Source: Epiperipatus broadwayi
Taxonomy: Eukaryota; Animalia; Onychophora
Assembly (NCBI GenBank): GCA_028023455.1
Contig: JAQFVV010000005.1
Location: 5,332,001 to 5,396,000, forward strand
DNA: 64,000 nt
Direction of reading: 5' to 3'
A program made the position numbers and the translations under genes. The notes under the pieces are model-generated. The model had not been told where the DNA came from and searched no databases. It saw nothing but the letters and a program-made list of their open reading frames with translations. Every line of letters starts with the position of its first letter. The first letter of the stretch is position 1. Below are positions 49,326 to 62,800 of this stretch, in pieces.

Positions 49326-52300
49326 GGAAAGTAATGATCATTATAGTGATAATTAAACACTGCATGTTTTGTACATTGTTAGAATTGCAGATTCTGAAAC
49401 TCAAGATTCATAGATCATGATTTAGCTCAACTCTTATGAATCCCCAAGCAATAAATCATTTTGATTATTTTGCTCTATATGGTCTGGTTTATTCTGAAAC
49501 TCAGGATATTTGGATCCGAATTTTTTCAATTCCAATGCTTTATTAATTTTTTACAAACTGTTATACAATAAAACATTCAATTATTTATTTATTGCTAATA
49601 ACAAAATTGTTTCTATTTTACAATTATTGTTATTTTATTACTAATACCAGATAAGATTTGGTACTGTTTTATTAGATTGTCAGCCACTTAATGGTGCTAT
49701 TTATATGCAAAAGCAAATAAATATGCCAATTACATGGCTGCCGCTTTCTAGGCCTATATATCTATGCAAAAGCACAGAAAGAGGCCATTTAAATGTGGCA
49801 GTCAGCACCATATGGTATTATTTCTATGCTATAAAGCACAGAAAAGATGCCATTTAATTGGTGGCCAGCTTGCGTTAATGTTACACACTTTATCCCAATG
49901 CTCATAATTCAAAGTTCACTACAGTATCATGTGAAGGTGTCTGGACTTCAGCCTGCCACAACTTTTCAAATATGCATGTCAAAGGAATTAGCTTACAAAT
50001 CATCTGACCTATTATTATTTCCTAATAATTGTCAACCATTTGCCACACTTCCCTACTCAATGTGGAATCTTCAAAAAATTCAGAAAGAGTACAGTCAAGC
50101 AAGATTTTGACCAGCTCAGTCATGTTTGTGTGAGAACACATCCACAACAAATAAAATCGCTGACTTGAAAATGCACAGTTTGAAATCGGGGCAACTGCCA
50201 TCCACAGAAGCCGGCATACATGGGGAATTAATTAATTCTATAATAGAATCTTTGCAATAAGGTATGTCAATTGATAAAGTTTTAATTCTTGTGGATGTGA
50301 AAGGCATACCATCTGCTCTACATTGCAGGACTAAAATAAAATTTTTGGCCTCTTGTAGTTAAAGTTTTTTAAATTTTTATAGCATAAAATTGTTCTTGAG
50401 TAAATAACAGGAATTGATTAAGGAAATCAATGAATTATGTTAAGCCTTTGGAATAAAAGGTATTACTGTGACATTTTTCATACTTCTATCCAGAGACCAA
50501 AAGAAATTGTCCAAAGAATAATTTATTAATCTTAAAAAAAAAAAACCAATCGAATTGGAAATTATTAATCATTTTTAATAGGTGTGCCATTAATATCCAT
50601 ACACATATTCTTTCAAAGATAGCTATTGTAATAAATCAAAAAATAAATAAATAATTATTTTTCCTTTTCAAAAATGACCCCAAAAAGTAAATTTCCACCA
50701 TGATGTAGTTAGTTATCTCTCAAGCAATGCTAGTAGATTTTGTAAATTTTGCAGGGAGTGGGGATGATTGTTTTGCCAGCCAGTGCTAGTGTACATGGGG
50801 AATTCTACTATAAGAGAATATTTGCAATAATGTATGTCTATGTAAAATTGTTCCAGTAAATCGTTAACCCATAAGATTATTATTCTTTCACAAATAATGG
50901 AGTGGGCCCAGTAACATTATATTTATGTATTTTTGCATAGCAACAATGCTATCAAGTGAATGACATGATCTATTAGAACAGTATCTAAGATTTGTTATAA
51001 TGATACAAATAGTAAATTCAAAAGCTGAAGTTTCTTGAAGCAATTTCTACCTGAGATAAATAAGAACAATTAATCTCAGTAAAACTATTATCCTCTAACT
51101 ATCACACTGATGATCACAATCTTCTATTCCCAAGGAAATTACCAAATGATTATACTTTTTATTACTAATATAGAATTACCTCACAATAATGACTGGTTAA
51201 GGACCACAATTCCATCATTAAGTGAATTGTTTTTTCCCACCCATGAAGATATATGGTAATAAAATGGCATATTATTATTAAATATAGTGGGTAAAAGTAA
51301 CTTGATCATAATAATTAACATAATTGTATTTTATAAATTATTAATTTTGCATTCTTTATATTAAATAGAAATTGCCTGGAAGTTCATAAGAAGTTCAAGT
51401 GACAGAAATGGAATCGATATGAGGATATCTTATTTCAGAGACTGACATTTTATCATTATGCTAAACCCCATAAAACATTCTGTATATTTAATATATTTAG
51501 ATATTAAAAAATAATTGTATCACAGAACACTCTTTCCAAATACATTAATGAGAAATATTTTGTAGGAGAACTCATAACAAATTATTTTAATAAACTTGCA
51601 AATATAATTTTACTTTTCATTTATCAATGCCCACTCATTCAGTCTGACTGAAGACAAGTTTATTAAAATGATTCATTATGAATCTGCCTGCAAAATAATT
51701 CTGAGTAACATATTTGGAATGAGAGTGTTCTGTGATATGATTATAATCCTAAATGTTACATATTCAAGCAATAGTAAAACTTATTTATGTGCTGAAGAAA
51801 ATTAGTAATATTAAAAAATAAATAGAGAAGGGCATTTACGATTTTCTTTTTATTGAAAGTAGAAATAGATGCTATTTAATTACCAAAAAAATATTATAGT
51901 TATAATCATCATTTTATAAAGTCCAGGAAATCATTAGAAATATGCATAAATAGAGATATGCACCTAAAAGAAAAAAATCATGGTATAATTTTCAGACTCA
52001 GAAGTTCTCTGTACATAAGTAAAAAAAGGAAATAAAGTAATAAAAAAAGATGGATTAGATTATTATAAAAAACTATATAAGAATATAATAAATTTATGAA
52101 AAAAAGATAAGTATATAATATAAAACATTATAAAGTGAATAGATGTTATATAATATAAAAAGTAATATGTTAACAATATTAAGTGAAATAATGGTTGGTA
52201 TCTAATTAGTTAACAATATTGTATAAAACGGAACAGAAGTTATTTTATCATAATATTATTTTACTAATACTGTTATATTTTATTACATATTAAGATTTCA

Positions 52301-53296
52301 TTAATTATTTTTAATAATTAAACATTTATAATCAACATTTTTTTTAAAAATTAAAAATTACTAAAATTAATATGAAATGATTACATTAAAAATAATAAAA
52401 ATAAGGCATTTGGGATTTGCTTTTTATCAAAGGCATTCTATGTAGATCCCATTTTGTTAATACAAAAATATTATGTGTACAAAACACTATATATAATAAC
52501 TTTATAAAATTGGAAAACTGACAGAAATACGTGCAAAAACTGTAAATAGTGTGATGCTCTAAAAAAAAAAAAAAAAGTCGCTGGTATAATTCTCAAACTC
52601 AGATGATAAGATATACATCCTTAAAAAAAACAGTCAAAATATTACATGTGCATAATTTAAAATCAATGCTGCTATAACAAATCACCCTTACTGTGAGATG
52701 TATTATATTGGATATGATGAACTTCATGCTAAAAAAAAAAAAGAACCCATATCAACAATATTAATAATAATCAAGAGATGTTTGCCTGGATTTGAGAAAG
52801 AAGAATGGCAGGGTGCTATGACATAAAAAGTTTATTTTTAGACTCTTTATTTCTGATGAAATTGATAGCAGTGAGAAATCAACATAGTATGCATTTTCAA
52901 TAGAATTATTTAAAACATGGATATGCCTTAGCAAGATAAGAGACAGACTTGTGATAAAGTTTATTGGAAAATCTGTCTGCTACTTTTGAAATTAGATTTG
53001 TCTTTTTGATCACATTTTAATCATTATGCAGTGTAATCAAACAATTTGTCATCCAAAAAGGGATAAGATGTTTAAACAGAGTCAAATTGTGATATATGGT
53101 GTTTAACTATTAAATCCACTATTCTACCATGGCATTAGCAGTCATTTAAAAATGAGTATGGCTTTTCTAATTACAAAAGAAAAATAAAAGACAGACTAAG
53201 AATAAAATGCTAAAAGATAAGTTCTGTGGTGATTGTGCAAACCAATTTAGGAATCATAAATATATCCACATATAAATCAATTTTAATGACTGTGCA

Positions 53297-53590
53297 TAAA
53301 ACAGAGGCAAAACTTTCCATATAGTAGTTCCAACCAGTGCAAGCCAGAGCAATCAATAGATGCAAAAAGATTTGTGCATAAAATCCCTATCTAGTGCCTA
53401 CTCATCCAATATTCCCAGACTAGTTTCTAGCTTCTGGCTTTCATCAGTGAGGAGTCTTGCTACAAGCTAGAAATTAGTCTGAAGATATTGAATGAGTAGG
53501 CACTAGATAGGGATTTTATGCACAAATCTTCTTGCATCTATTGATTGCTTTGGGATGGCACTACTGTGTGGAGATTTTGCCTCTGTTTTA
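53297..53590. mobile_element. Family-1 fold-back insertion
   Basis: Arms taaaacagaggcaaaa...tctagctt and aagctagaa...ttttgcctctgtttta, head-to-head. Confidence 0.9.
53412..53454 (-). ncRNA. Type I hammerhead ribozyme motif, family 1, core intact
   Basis: Minus strand: ctcctca CTGATGA A AGC CAGAA GCT A GAAA C TA GTC tgggaa. Palindromic ACTAGT helix III; predicted cut after 53418. Confidence 0.8.
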
Positions 53591-54229
53591 ATAGCTCATG
53601 TAAGTGTAGGAAATAGTGATCATGTGGCATGTGCATACATATGGGATTTTACAAATTAAATTGCATAACTTTCAAAAACATTAAGTGAGAGAATAATTTT
53701 ACATACATTTTGGATTCAGTAAAAAAATACAAATAAAACACTTTCATTCTTGGAACACACACACAAAAAAATTATCCCACATAACTTTAATTAAATTAAT
53801 CATTATTATGCCAGTAGGCATGTATTAATTCTGTATTACATTTATTGGATTATATTTAACTGCTAAATTCAAAATTTGATCTAAAAATAATTATTTCTTC
53901 CAGAAAGTTCTGATGTGCCTCTGCATTATTATGTTTTAAGTATAGTCTTTTTATTGATTTTAAATCATTTATATATGAGTTCTGTCACACAGACACACAT
54001 GAAATTATTATGTTTGATAAAGTCATTTTAAGCTGCATAAATAGTGTAGGAAAGGAGGAGAGTGTTCTCCTTTTCTCCTCATTTCCTCCATTCTTTTATA
54101 TTATAATAGATCCATATAGTGCTGATATTCAAAATATTTATCAACTGATGTTCTAAATTTATTTTTCCTTTTTTCATTATATAATAAAAAACAGAAATCA
54201 TAAAAGACATTATATGATCCTTTCTTACA

Positions 54230-54597
54230 TCATGCTACTCAGCAGCAAATTCTTTTTTCTTCATCATTTATGCCATCTAGTGTAAATTTAGTCATCAATA
54301 AACAGCTGCCAGATGGTATTGCATATTAGCTCCTTATCCAGTGCTGTCCTATCCAATATTCCCAGAATAGATTCTAGCTTGTGGCATTCATCTAGTAAAA
54401 CAAACAAGTAAAAGATGGCTGGTCTTAATCCTAAAGCATTTCATTAATGAAAGCCATAAGCTAGAAACTAGTCTGGAGATATTTGATAATAAAGCATTGG
54501 ATAGCACTATCATCTGACATCTATTGATTACTAAAGCTTACACTAAGTGTCACAAATGTAGTAAAAAAAAAAAAAGAATTTGCTGCTAAAATCATAC
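54230..54597. mobile_element. Family-1 fold-back insertion with two decayed HHRs (54361-54395 minus; 54440-54478 plus)
   Basis: cagcagcaaattc / gaatttgctgct outer arms. Plus copy: tca TTAATGA A AGC CATAA GCT A GAAAC TA GTC tggag. Confidence 0.8.
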
Positions 54598-55922
54598 AAG
54601 TTTAAATTTTTTATTAATTTTCAATATAAACACATAATATAAAAACAAAACAAAAAATTTTGTTATTTCATATCAAATTTATAATAGAACTATGGTGACA
54701 GTCATAAATCTTAAATAAAAAGCTTGAGCTATTAAAAGAAACATTTCATGTTCGTGTACAAAAATATTAAATTAACAGTACATGTATAGAAATTACTTAA
54801 TCCCCTAACTCAGCTGACATTTGGAAGATTATTTGCAAAATGCATGTTAATGAGAGAGGATGTATGTTTCTTTAAATATCTATTATTGATTTTAACTATC
54901 TAGTGTGTTACAATAAATTTTAAATATTGATGAATACAAGTAGGAAACTTGAGAAAATTAAATGCTTAAATTTAGAGATGTGAACTAAATATATATTATT
55001 TATATGTGATTATACAGCAATTATTTATCATTGTAAATATTAAAACAACTTATAGATAATGAATGGATGACTGGAGCTCAAAACAAAGCTCAGTTACCCT
55101 AATATAATAAAGTATTAAATCAGATATAATGTAAAATTGTCTTATGCAATTCCAAATAATGTAGCAGGGAGCTTTGCATTACTGACAGTGTTTGGTGTCA
55201 AAAAGTAAGAACTACTATATAGTAAAGACCACTATATTGGCTATTATGTGTTACATAAAAACAAATTACTATAATTTAATTTACAAGTCTTTATTTGAAG
55301 TACCTATGGTGGAATAGAAATGTTAAATATATAAGTATTTATATTTGTAAAAATATTTAGCAACTAATATAGAAGCTTTTAAAAATTTTGAGAAGAGATT
55401 TGATTGTACTAATATATACCAGCTGAATATTACACACACACACACACAGAAATCCTATAACAACTTTTATCTATTCATCAACAAAAATGCAGCAAATCAA
55501 ATTAGAAGTATTATTTTCCAGCTTTTGATGACATAATTTAAGTTGTTATAAACTTTCTAATAGATCCAAACATATATTGCTTATTAATAAAAATTTTAAA
55601 CAAATCTAAAATTAATTATTACAAATAATACTAAATTTGATAAATATTTCCCTTTTTTTTTTGTTTTTTACAAAATTCATAACATTAAAAATTATGACTT
55701 AAAAAACAAAAAACAATTTCATAACTGAAATGCTATAAAAATTATTCATTTTTATTAATATTTGATCAAGTTTCTAGTTATTTCGTGTAGTTTTGGACCG
55801 AGAACTTAAGACAAATGCATTCTTTATTTTTCTAATTTTGAAATTAGTTATTTAATATACTGTATATATAACATTAGTATTATACTAAAAATAATAATGA
55901 ACAAAATATTATTAAATAATAC

Positions 55923-56216
55923 CAAAGCTTGATGTTTATCTGCTTCAGGAAGTGAGTGATCAGCAATTTTTGGTAATAAAGTAGTTGATAATCCCATATT
56001 ATTCTTAATAATTATTTGGGCTGCTCGTTCTAATAAATCCTTTCTCTGTTGCCTTGCCATTTCAAAAGCAGTTAACATCGCTGATTTTAGATTTTGGTTG
56101 AAATTTGCTGCTGTAAGTTTTTCATCATTGGCTAATTCTATGCGAGCTGACAAACTACGTACCATAAAATCGGCCACTGCTCGCATATAATATTCTTCAG
56201 ATTTTGAGGAATTAAC
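55923..56216 (-). CDS. Internal phase-0/0 coding exon (98 aa) of an unidentified host gene
   Basis: ttgtttttag| acceptor, |gtatta donor, 294 nt fully open: VNSSKSEEYYMRAVADFMVRSLSARIELANDEKLTAANFNQNLKSAMLTAFEMARQQRKDLLERAAQIIIKNNMGLSTTLLPKIADHSLPEADKHQAL. GC higher than the flanks. Confidence 0.8.
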
Positions 56217-57089
56217 CTAAAAACAAATATATGTATAAGTAAATATGTAACATTTGTACGAATGTATATATATATATTCATAATTAGTAAATATGACACG
56301 AATATTTGTAAATAAACTACTGTATAAGTGAATTTTAGTGTTTTCTATTATACCTGTAGGCTTTTAAGATCGTTAACCATTATTCAACATAAAATAAAAC
56401 CAATATTTCACATATATTCTATATCTACTTTATATTCATATATATATCAAAGTGAAAAATTCTAAAAAAAAGTTGTTTTATGAATATATATATAACTGAT
56501 CAAATCTTTCAGATTTATGATACACTAAGAAACTTGTAATAAATCTCTATAATGTATAGTACACATGCAAATATATAATTTTAATTTACAATTTTTTTTT
56601 GTTATTAATATTAAAAATTGAAAAATAATGATTGCTACTGTTTACACGTTAAAAATCAGTTTCAAGAATCCTACAAATAGAAAGTTAAAAAACAGCTATT
56701 TGTTTTTAAAATGACATTTCTTTAATTATTTTTAATATTATATTAATAATAAAGGTCTATAATTATAGACTATAAAAAAGTCATGTTTTACATAAACCGT
56801 TCCAATACTAAAATATTTTTTAAAAATTATAAAATAAAATTCAAATAAGTTTATTAAGTTCAAAGTTAAAAAGAATAACACATCTAATTTATTTTTTAAA
56901 AAAGGTTTTTTTTTTTTAATCTTCAGAATTCTGTAGTACTAGATGTAATGAAGGATTTTCTATTGATATATGTGTATAAATATACTTTTTTGTGTGTTCA
57001 TCCCTAAATATAATTGCTAGTTATTAGTATAATTTGGTTGGATCTCACCTGCAATCATTTTAATAAAGGAAGCTCAATCTGTTAGAAAT

Positions 57090-57270
<181 letters not shown>

Positions 57271-57599
57271 AAGGCTATACTAATCACAATTTAACTGTTA
57301 TTTATTTTGTCCAATATATATATATTAGATTTCCTATTAAAAAAAGTAATGGTAGTAGTCAGTGAATTTAATGGCTTTTATTTATAATGATTAGAGATTT
57401 TTTTAAAAATCTGACAAAATTTATCATTGTAAACTTTAATCATTCATGTCTTCAAAATCATGAAATATCCTAATAATCTTTAATATAAGTGTTGTTCACT
57501 GCCTTTAACATTATCATGTCATAGTTCATCCACCCTTTAAAAAGATTTCTCTTGCCAAATATAAAAAAGGTGCTTTAATTCTTTATTAATTCAACTGTC

Positions 57600-58150
57600 T
57601 TTCTAAGAACGTGTAGGCAAAGTAAAAAATAGGCTTTAGAATATTTTCAAATGCTGGATAAAAATGTTGCTGTAAAATACAATAACAAAACAAGTTTTGC
57701 TTGGATGTTAGAAAAAATACATATAATCCTGGTGCAAATTAAAGAATCTTGTTGAGATTAAAAGAAAATAATGCTAACAATACAAGATTTTCAAAATAAA
57801 AATTGTTAGAACAATTGTTTGGAATTGGGAAACAGGAAAGAATAAGATGGAAATGTGGCTATGAAAAATTGACTGGGATAAATCTAATGGGGAAAAAATA
57901 TTAGATATTGAGTGAAATGGACATGAAAAGAGAAGTATTGACTATGAAAACATAGAGAAAAATAACTCATTTTGAGACATGATATGTTTCTACAAATGTT
58001 TTGAAGGTTAATGTTTTGGAGGAAAAGTTAAGAGAATGCCAAGAACATTTAACTTTAAAAAGGTAATCAGTGAAAATTAATGTAGTTCATATGCAAATAT
58101 GAAAAGAATAATTAAGGACAGAATAATATAGCTGAAGTAACAAGGCATTT
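57600..58150 (+). pseudogene. Decayed RTE-type LINE 3' region
   Basis: EMW.Y (gaaatgtggctat), ..THFE and LEGK/GR.R-like remnants typical of RTE C-termini. Confidence 0.6.
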
Positions 58151-58499
58151 CCATTAATGACTGATAATGAAATTTTAATAATCAGTCATACTAATAATTG
58201 ATTTACAAAACTTTTGAAATTTCAACTATCAGCACTTGCAAATCTGCTTTAATTTTCACCATTACCTTTAAATTAAGAGTTCATGCAATTCAAAAGATAA
58301 AATATAGCTAGTAAGTTGATTTTATATATATATGCATGCACACACATTTATAGAAAAAGCAATATTCATTTTAAATATATGGTGTACTACTTTCTTTTTT
58401 AAAATATGAAATGCAGTGAAATTTAAAGTTAACTGAACACTTTCAAAATTTTAAGAAATAAATTACATATGTTGTATATGTATGTAGCAGTTCTCTTCT

Positions 58500-59800
58500 T
58501 AAAGGCAAATTAAGTAACTAAGCAAGAGAGTACTTTAAAATAACAGTTGATCATTCAGTAGTTATGTTATTTTGAATTGTCTCCTAAACTCTTAACCCAA
58601 ATTATTCCAATATCTAAATTTTAGATATCTGGGATAGACTTTAAAGAACTCTTTTCCTTCATTATGTTTGCATCTGTATTAATAATCTGCCCATGTATAG
58701 TTTTTAATTTCCTTTAATTTTATCACTATCATCCTTTTTTTTTTTTTGAAAAGATACTATACATTACTTTCGTCTCTTTAACATTCATCTTTAGTCCTAT
58801 TACTTTGCTTATGACTGCTATAAATTTCTTGAAGTTCTGAACATTTCTATTCTCTCATTTCCTGTCATTTGAACCTCTACTATCACATGTTTGAAATCAA
58901 AATCAATATAATTCATAAATATGGAGCTTAGTTACATCTTAACTCAGAATCTGATTATATGCTTCTTTTTTAAAAAATTTCTTTTAAGAATTGACTCATA
59001 AAGCTATTATACAGAGAATACATTGGATTATCTCAAAACATAGCTATAATGAATAAAATATTGATACCTATTAAAAAAGCCTATTACTATGTTTTGATAT
59101 TCTATTAAAATAGTGATAGAATAGAATGAGAGTAAATATATACCATTTAAAAAACTGCACAGGAATGTCATGGTTTAACTATACTTTTATATGAAAAAAA
59201 AAAAAAAGGCGCATATACATATACTAAAACCATATTTCATTACTGTTCTGAGAGTATGAAGAATAACAAAAGCATTGTATAAATTCAAATTTTCAATGAA
59301 ATTAAATAATAGTAATTTAAAACTGAGTGACTATTTATGGAATTATCTACACATATTTTGAATAACTGGAGGATACTAAGATATATGTAAAATCAAGGAG
59401 CAGTGTTGTTAGGAACAATAATAGTACCCTGAAGAAAATTAAGCAAAAATAATTTTGGAATCTAGATAGTTTTAAGCAATAGAAAGTAATACCCAGAGAT
59501 TGCAAGAAGAATATATAGCTTTCTAGTGCTATAAATTGCTTTAGAATATGATCTATTAAGAAACTTCATCAAAATCTAGTGATAGAACTAAAAAAATAAA
59601 ATATTCAAAATGTGACAATTAAACCTAACAAACTGATCTTTAATCAATTAGAAAACCAATAAAATAAACAACCAATCTCAATGAAAAGTTTTAAAATACA
59701 TTTTTTATCATGGTGCTATGTTATTTTATATTTGTTGGAATACAACTCTTGAATATCATTAGAGATATCCTACATAACAAATGTATATAGTTAGACTGTG
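58500..59800. pseudogene. Additional decayed LINE fragments (minus ~58500-58960; plus ~59150-59800)
   Basis: NEE.L..PDI and EIARRI-like remnants, heavily degraded. Confidence 0.35.
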
Positions 59801-62800
59801 AAATAACATGGCAAATGAAATAGATTGTGAGATTGCATATTGACAACCAAATACTAGCAAATCATTGACTTCTGTTACTGACTTTCACCTCTATTTGAAC
59901 TAAATGACGATTAAACTTTATTACATAAAGGTAACTAATTTGAATATTAGATTTTCTAGTCTTAGCAAACTAATTAACCTAAACTATTGTGTGTATAAGT
60001 TTTATTACTATCATTAATTAAATACAATTGAATTTACTTACTGTTTCTGTATCTTTCATCGGATTTAACAAAGAATATAAGCTTAAAATAGACATCAAAG
60101 TTCATTTTATTTACCTAATTATTCTTAAATATATAGGTATTCTATATGTACTAGAAAATAATTTCTAGTTTTCTGGAAAAAAGTTGAAAAATGAATTAAT
60201 AAATAATGGTGACTGCTTTCAGTACATTATGCAAATAATAAAATTTAAGCATTAAAAAGATATTTGCAATAATAATTCTCCCATATCTATTGGCATTTGG
60301 TTTTAAACCTTCACATGGATACCTGAGACCATGGATAATAGTGAATCCTACATATTATATATGTTTGATATATATAAACACATCTACAAATGTTTAAGAT
60401 ATATATACTTAGATATTACTAAAAATAATTGATAACAAAAAAAAGTAGAATAATGCATTTATGAAAGAGACTTTATAATAACAAATTTAGAGAAAAGGAT
60501 AGAGCGACTATATGATCGGTTAGTGTACAAGATAAAAAAAATTGCTGATTGAAAGGTAGAATGATGATGCTTACAGATGGCTGCACATGTAAAATTTATA
60601 AAATCAGATTTACAAATTTTTAATTTTAACTTTTTCAAACTGTGGATAATCAAAACTATAGCTGGAGAGTCTCTTGAAATAAGAGAACTACTAAATACAT
60701 CATCACAAATACAACTTAGTAATACAATTAATACTCAAATAAATAAAAAAAATTTAAGTGAAAAGAATCGGAATTAAAATTAATTTCAGTTTTAAAATAA
60801 TTATTGCAATTTTTATACCTTTTTCATTTTGGTTTAAAGTTAATCTTACAATAATAATATTTCATTAACAATTGGATGTGTAATCAGGAAAAAAAAGTTA
60901 TTCAATGAATTAGTAATTATATACTATAAGAAAGAGAATGTGCTTCCATTCATAAGAGGTATAAGTATTTGGACAATAAACTTGCAAATAGTAATAGTAA
61001 CATTTTTCATACATCTAATTATTTATTGCAATTGTAAATAAATAAAGCCAGTTTAAAAATGGATTCCAAATTAGATTAATGACAAATTTATTGGAAAAAC
61101 AGCAGATTAGAATGTAATTAACTTTATCAACACATCATTAAATTGAAGTAAAAATATTGGCTTATGGATCAGAAAAGGTTAGGGGGGGGGTATTTTGTAA
61201 TAGTCTGATGTTGTATATTTTAATGAAGTGGTACAAAAGTAGATTCATAAGCTAAAAGTTCTTGAAATGATTCTAAGCTGAAGAAACTCTATTTGGTCAA
61301 TTGAGTGAGATAGTTCTCAACTTACCGTGGAAGCAACAAAAGATCTCTTGGGTAACTAGTCATTTGAATATAAATATAACTAATTTATTTATCGTATTCC
61401 TTTCCTTTCTTTGCAGCAAATCGTATGGTAATTTTATTATTCTTATAAATATATTTTACTGTACACTAAAATTTATTTGTTTGCTGCAAATTATGTAGTT
61501 ATCTGTATATTAAAGTAATTACATATTATTCTTGTAAAAATAATTTTTCTGTTTCTGTTATTAAAAGATTGTATTTTGTGCACTAAAATATACCACTTTT
61601 GTACTTGTTATCTATATCTTGGTTTCTATCTCTTTACGCATTAGTATATTTCCACATACATTGTACAGAACATAGTAAAATTTTGTGTTCAATAATATCA
61701 CCTGAAAAATTATTAATATGAATAATTTTGTAGTAGCTATTAGATATAAAAAAAAAAAAAACAATCTGAAAATGACCCTATATACAAAGGGATCGAAACA
61801 AAGCAAACAAATACATACAAAAATTGTAAATTTCAATGTATATTTTAACAACTAAAGCAGAAAAAAAAATTCGTATACAAAAATAATAACTAATTATATA
61901 AAATTTAAAACAAAAATATGCTTATTCAATTTTTGTAAATAAAACGTGTAATATATTTATAACTTTGTTTTATTTTTAAGGGCAATTTTATATCGGTATT
62001 TTTTTTTAAAAAAAAAAAATACATATATTTTTAGAAGGTTAACAGAAAACAACATTTAGAAATTTTTTTTTAAAGAAAAAAAAGCACTTTCATTTGATTT
62101 AATGGGAGATTTTTATTTTACTTTGGAATGTTGTACGCGTCAACTGTCTTGTAATGAGCTTGTAAACAAGCCCCCCTCGTGACTTGGATAGCGAGTGACT
62201 ATCACACAGCAGGAAACAAAAAATGCATTTAAATTCTCATTTATATATTAGACTTTGTTCAGGGAATTCCAAGAAAGAGACTAGACTAACAATGAAGTTT
62301 TAAAATAAAACAGCATCTGAAAAGGAATACTAGTTACGATTACTCCCACCCACCGTAGGAAAAGAAAATTATTACTTTTACGAAATATGGATAAGAATTT
62401 TAACCACTTCTGAAAGCTAATCTGCATTAATATTACTATTTTCTTTATTTAACTGATTTCTTAGAATATGGATGTCTTAGGAAAAAAGCTAATAGGTGGA
62501 AAAGGGAGGATAGTTCACCTTAAGGCATTTTTTTTCTAATTTCTAGTCACAGGGTCATTTCTAGTTGTCAAGAATTCTTTACCCATATTACCAAAAAACA
62601 TTATTAAGAAAAGTAAACCTGCCAGAAAAAATGCCTTCACTAAATTTACAGTGACAGAAGCACTCTTAGCTACCGCTTTTCCCCACCCTCTCCGACCATG
62701 TTCTATCACAATTACTAACTATCCAGTTGGAGCTTGAAGACATGACAGTAGAAAGATAATGAGACAAACAAATGTTTCATGAAGCATTATTAAAAACTAG

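Noticed and set aside
50116-50331. Next coding exon of the minus-strand gene
   Set aside because: The open frame is phase-1, incompatible with the phase-0 end at 55923. It has no strong donor, and part of it is duplicated at ~50792.
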